The position numbers were made by a program, and so were the translations under genes. A stretch of DNA of 63,791 nt, the filler included, from Octopus bimaculoides (taxonomy: Eukaryota): assembly GCF_001194135.2 (NCBI RefSeq). It is 6 parts of 6 records of this genome, joined end to end, with 100 filler letters (N's around TTAATTAATTAA, not from the genome) between each part and the next. Parts side by side here need not be neighbours in the genome. Positions count along the whole stretch, not along the records: positions 62,319 to 63,791 come from NW_026372364.1; 5 more parts are not named here. One strand, 5' to 3'. The stretch's first letter is position 1. Every line of letters begins with the position of its first letter. A model generated the notes under the pieces. It was not told the DNA's origin. It saw only the letters and a program-made list of their open reading frames with translations, and did no database searches. Shown here piece after piece: positions 63,531 to 63,791 of this stretch.

Positions 63531-63791
63531 CGAGATCAGCGACGGTTCGTCAGTAGAAAAAGCATATAGTATTTAACGAGTGGTCTGAGTTTTCATCACT
63601 GGCTGGTGATTAACACACACGCTGAGGACGGGTGACTACCCGGAAACTCGAGTCCATGTGTACCACGTAATGCTAAGGATGGGAGCGATGACCTCCTCTC
63701 GCAAATAATAATGGGACACAGAATATGTGTCGTTATCCAGCTGGAAGAGATGTCTTCCTAGGGCTATAAATACCAGTAGCACTGTCCAGTA
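63531..63791 (+). mobile_element. Second, diverged copy of the hammerhead-bearing element
   Basis: Colinear with 54742-54985 (CGAGATCAGCGAC...GGGAGCGATGACCTC...CCAGCTGGAA). Runs to the window end. Confidence 0.75.
63615..63661 (+). ncRNA. Minimal type I hammerhead ribozyme, intact core
   Basis: ACACACG CTGAGGA CGGGT gact ACCCG GAA ACTCGAGT C CATGTGT: 5-bp stem II, palindromic stem III, stem I 6/7 paired, GUC site (predicted cut after 63654). Confidence 0.88.

Overview
This is not prokaryotic DNA. It is an AT-rich, microsatellite-laden, gapped animal scaffold, most likely a coleoid cephalopod (Octopus-like). That call rests on tRNA-derived SINEs resembling octopus OR-type families and on a mollusc-type Pif/BMSP-like gene. 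Most ORFs in the supplied track are microsatellite, gap or transposon noise. Real content: (1) A plus-strand spliced gene at 57249-60855 (4 in-frame exons) encoding two Cys-rich chitin-binding-like modules plus a laminin-G domain, i.e. a Pif/BMSP/LamG3-like shell-matrix-family protein. (2) A minus-strand exon series at 39173 to 17987: an intact two-exon WSC domain, two well-signalled exons carrying in-frame stops, then a Thr-rich linker and unidentified exons. (3) Dense TE debris: Penelope-like elements (PLE), R4/Dong-type and Tx1/L1-type LINEs, a Gypsy family, Tc1 and DD37D transposons, a hAT MITE, a Helentron-like element and SINEs. (4) At least 12 minimal type I hammerhead-ribozyme (HHR) motifs, most with palindromic stem III. 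Two of them sit in an ORF-less ~330-bp element that shows a partial tandem repeat and compensatory base changes between copies, a candidate retrozyme-like RNA family. Five gaps are artificial 44N-TTAATTAATTAA-44N spacers, so contig order and orientation across them is uncertain. TE boundaries are approximate. Exon, TIR and ribozyme coordinates were counted by hand, and no database search or folding program was run.
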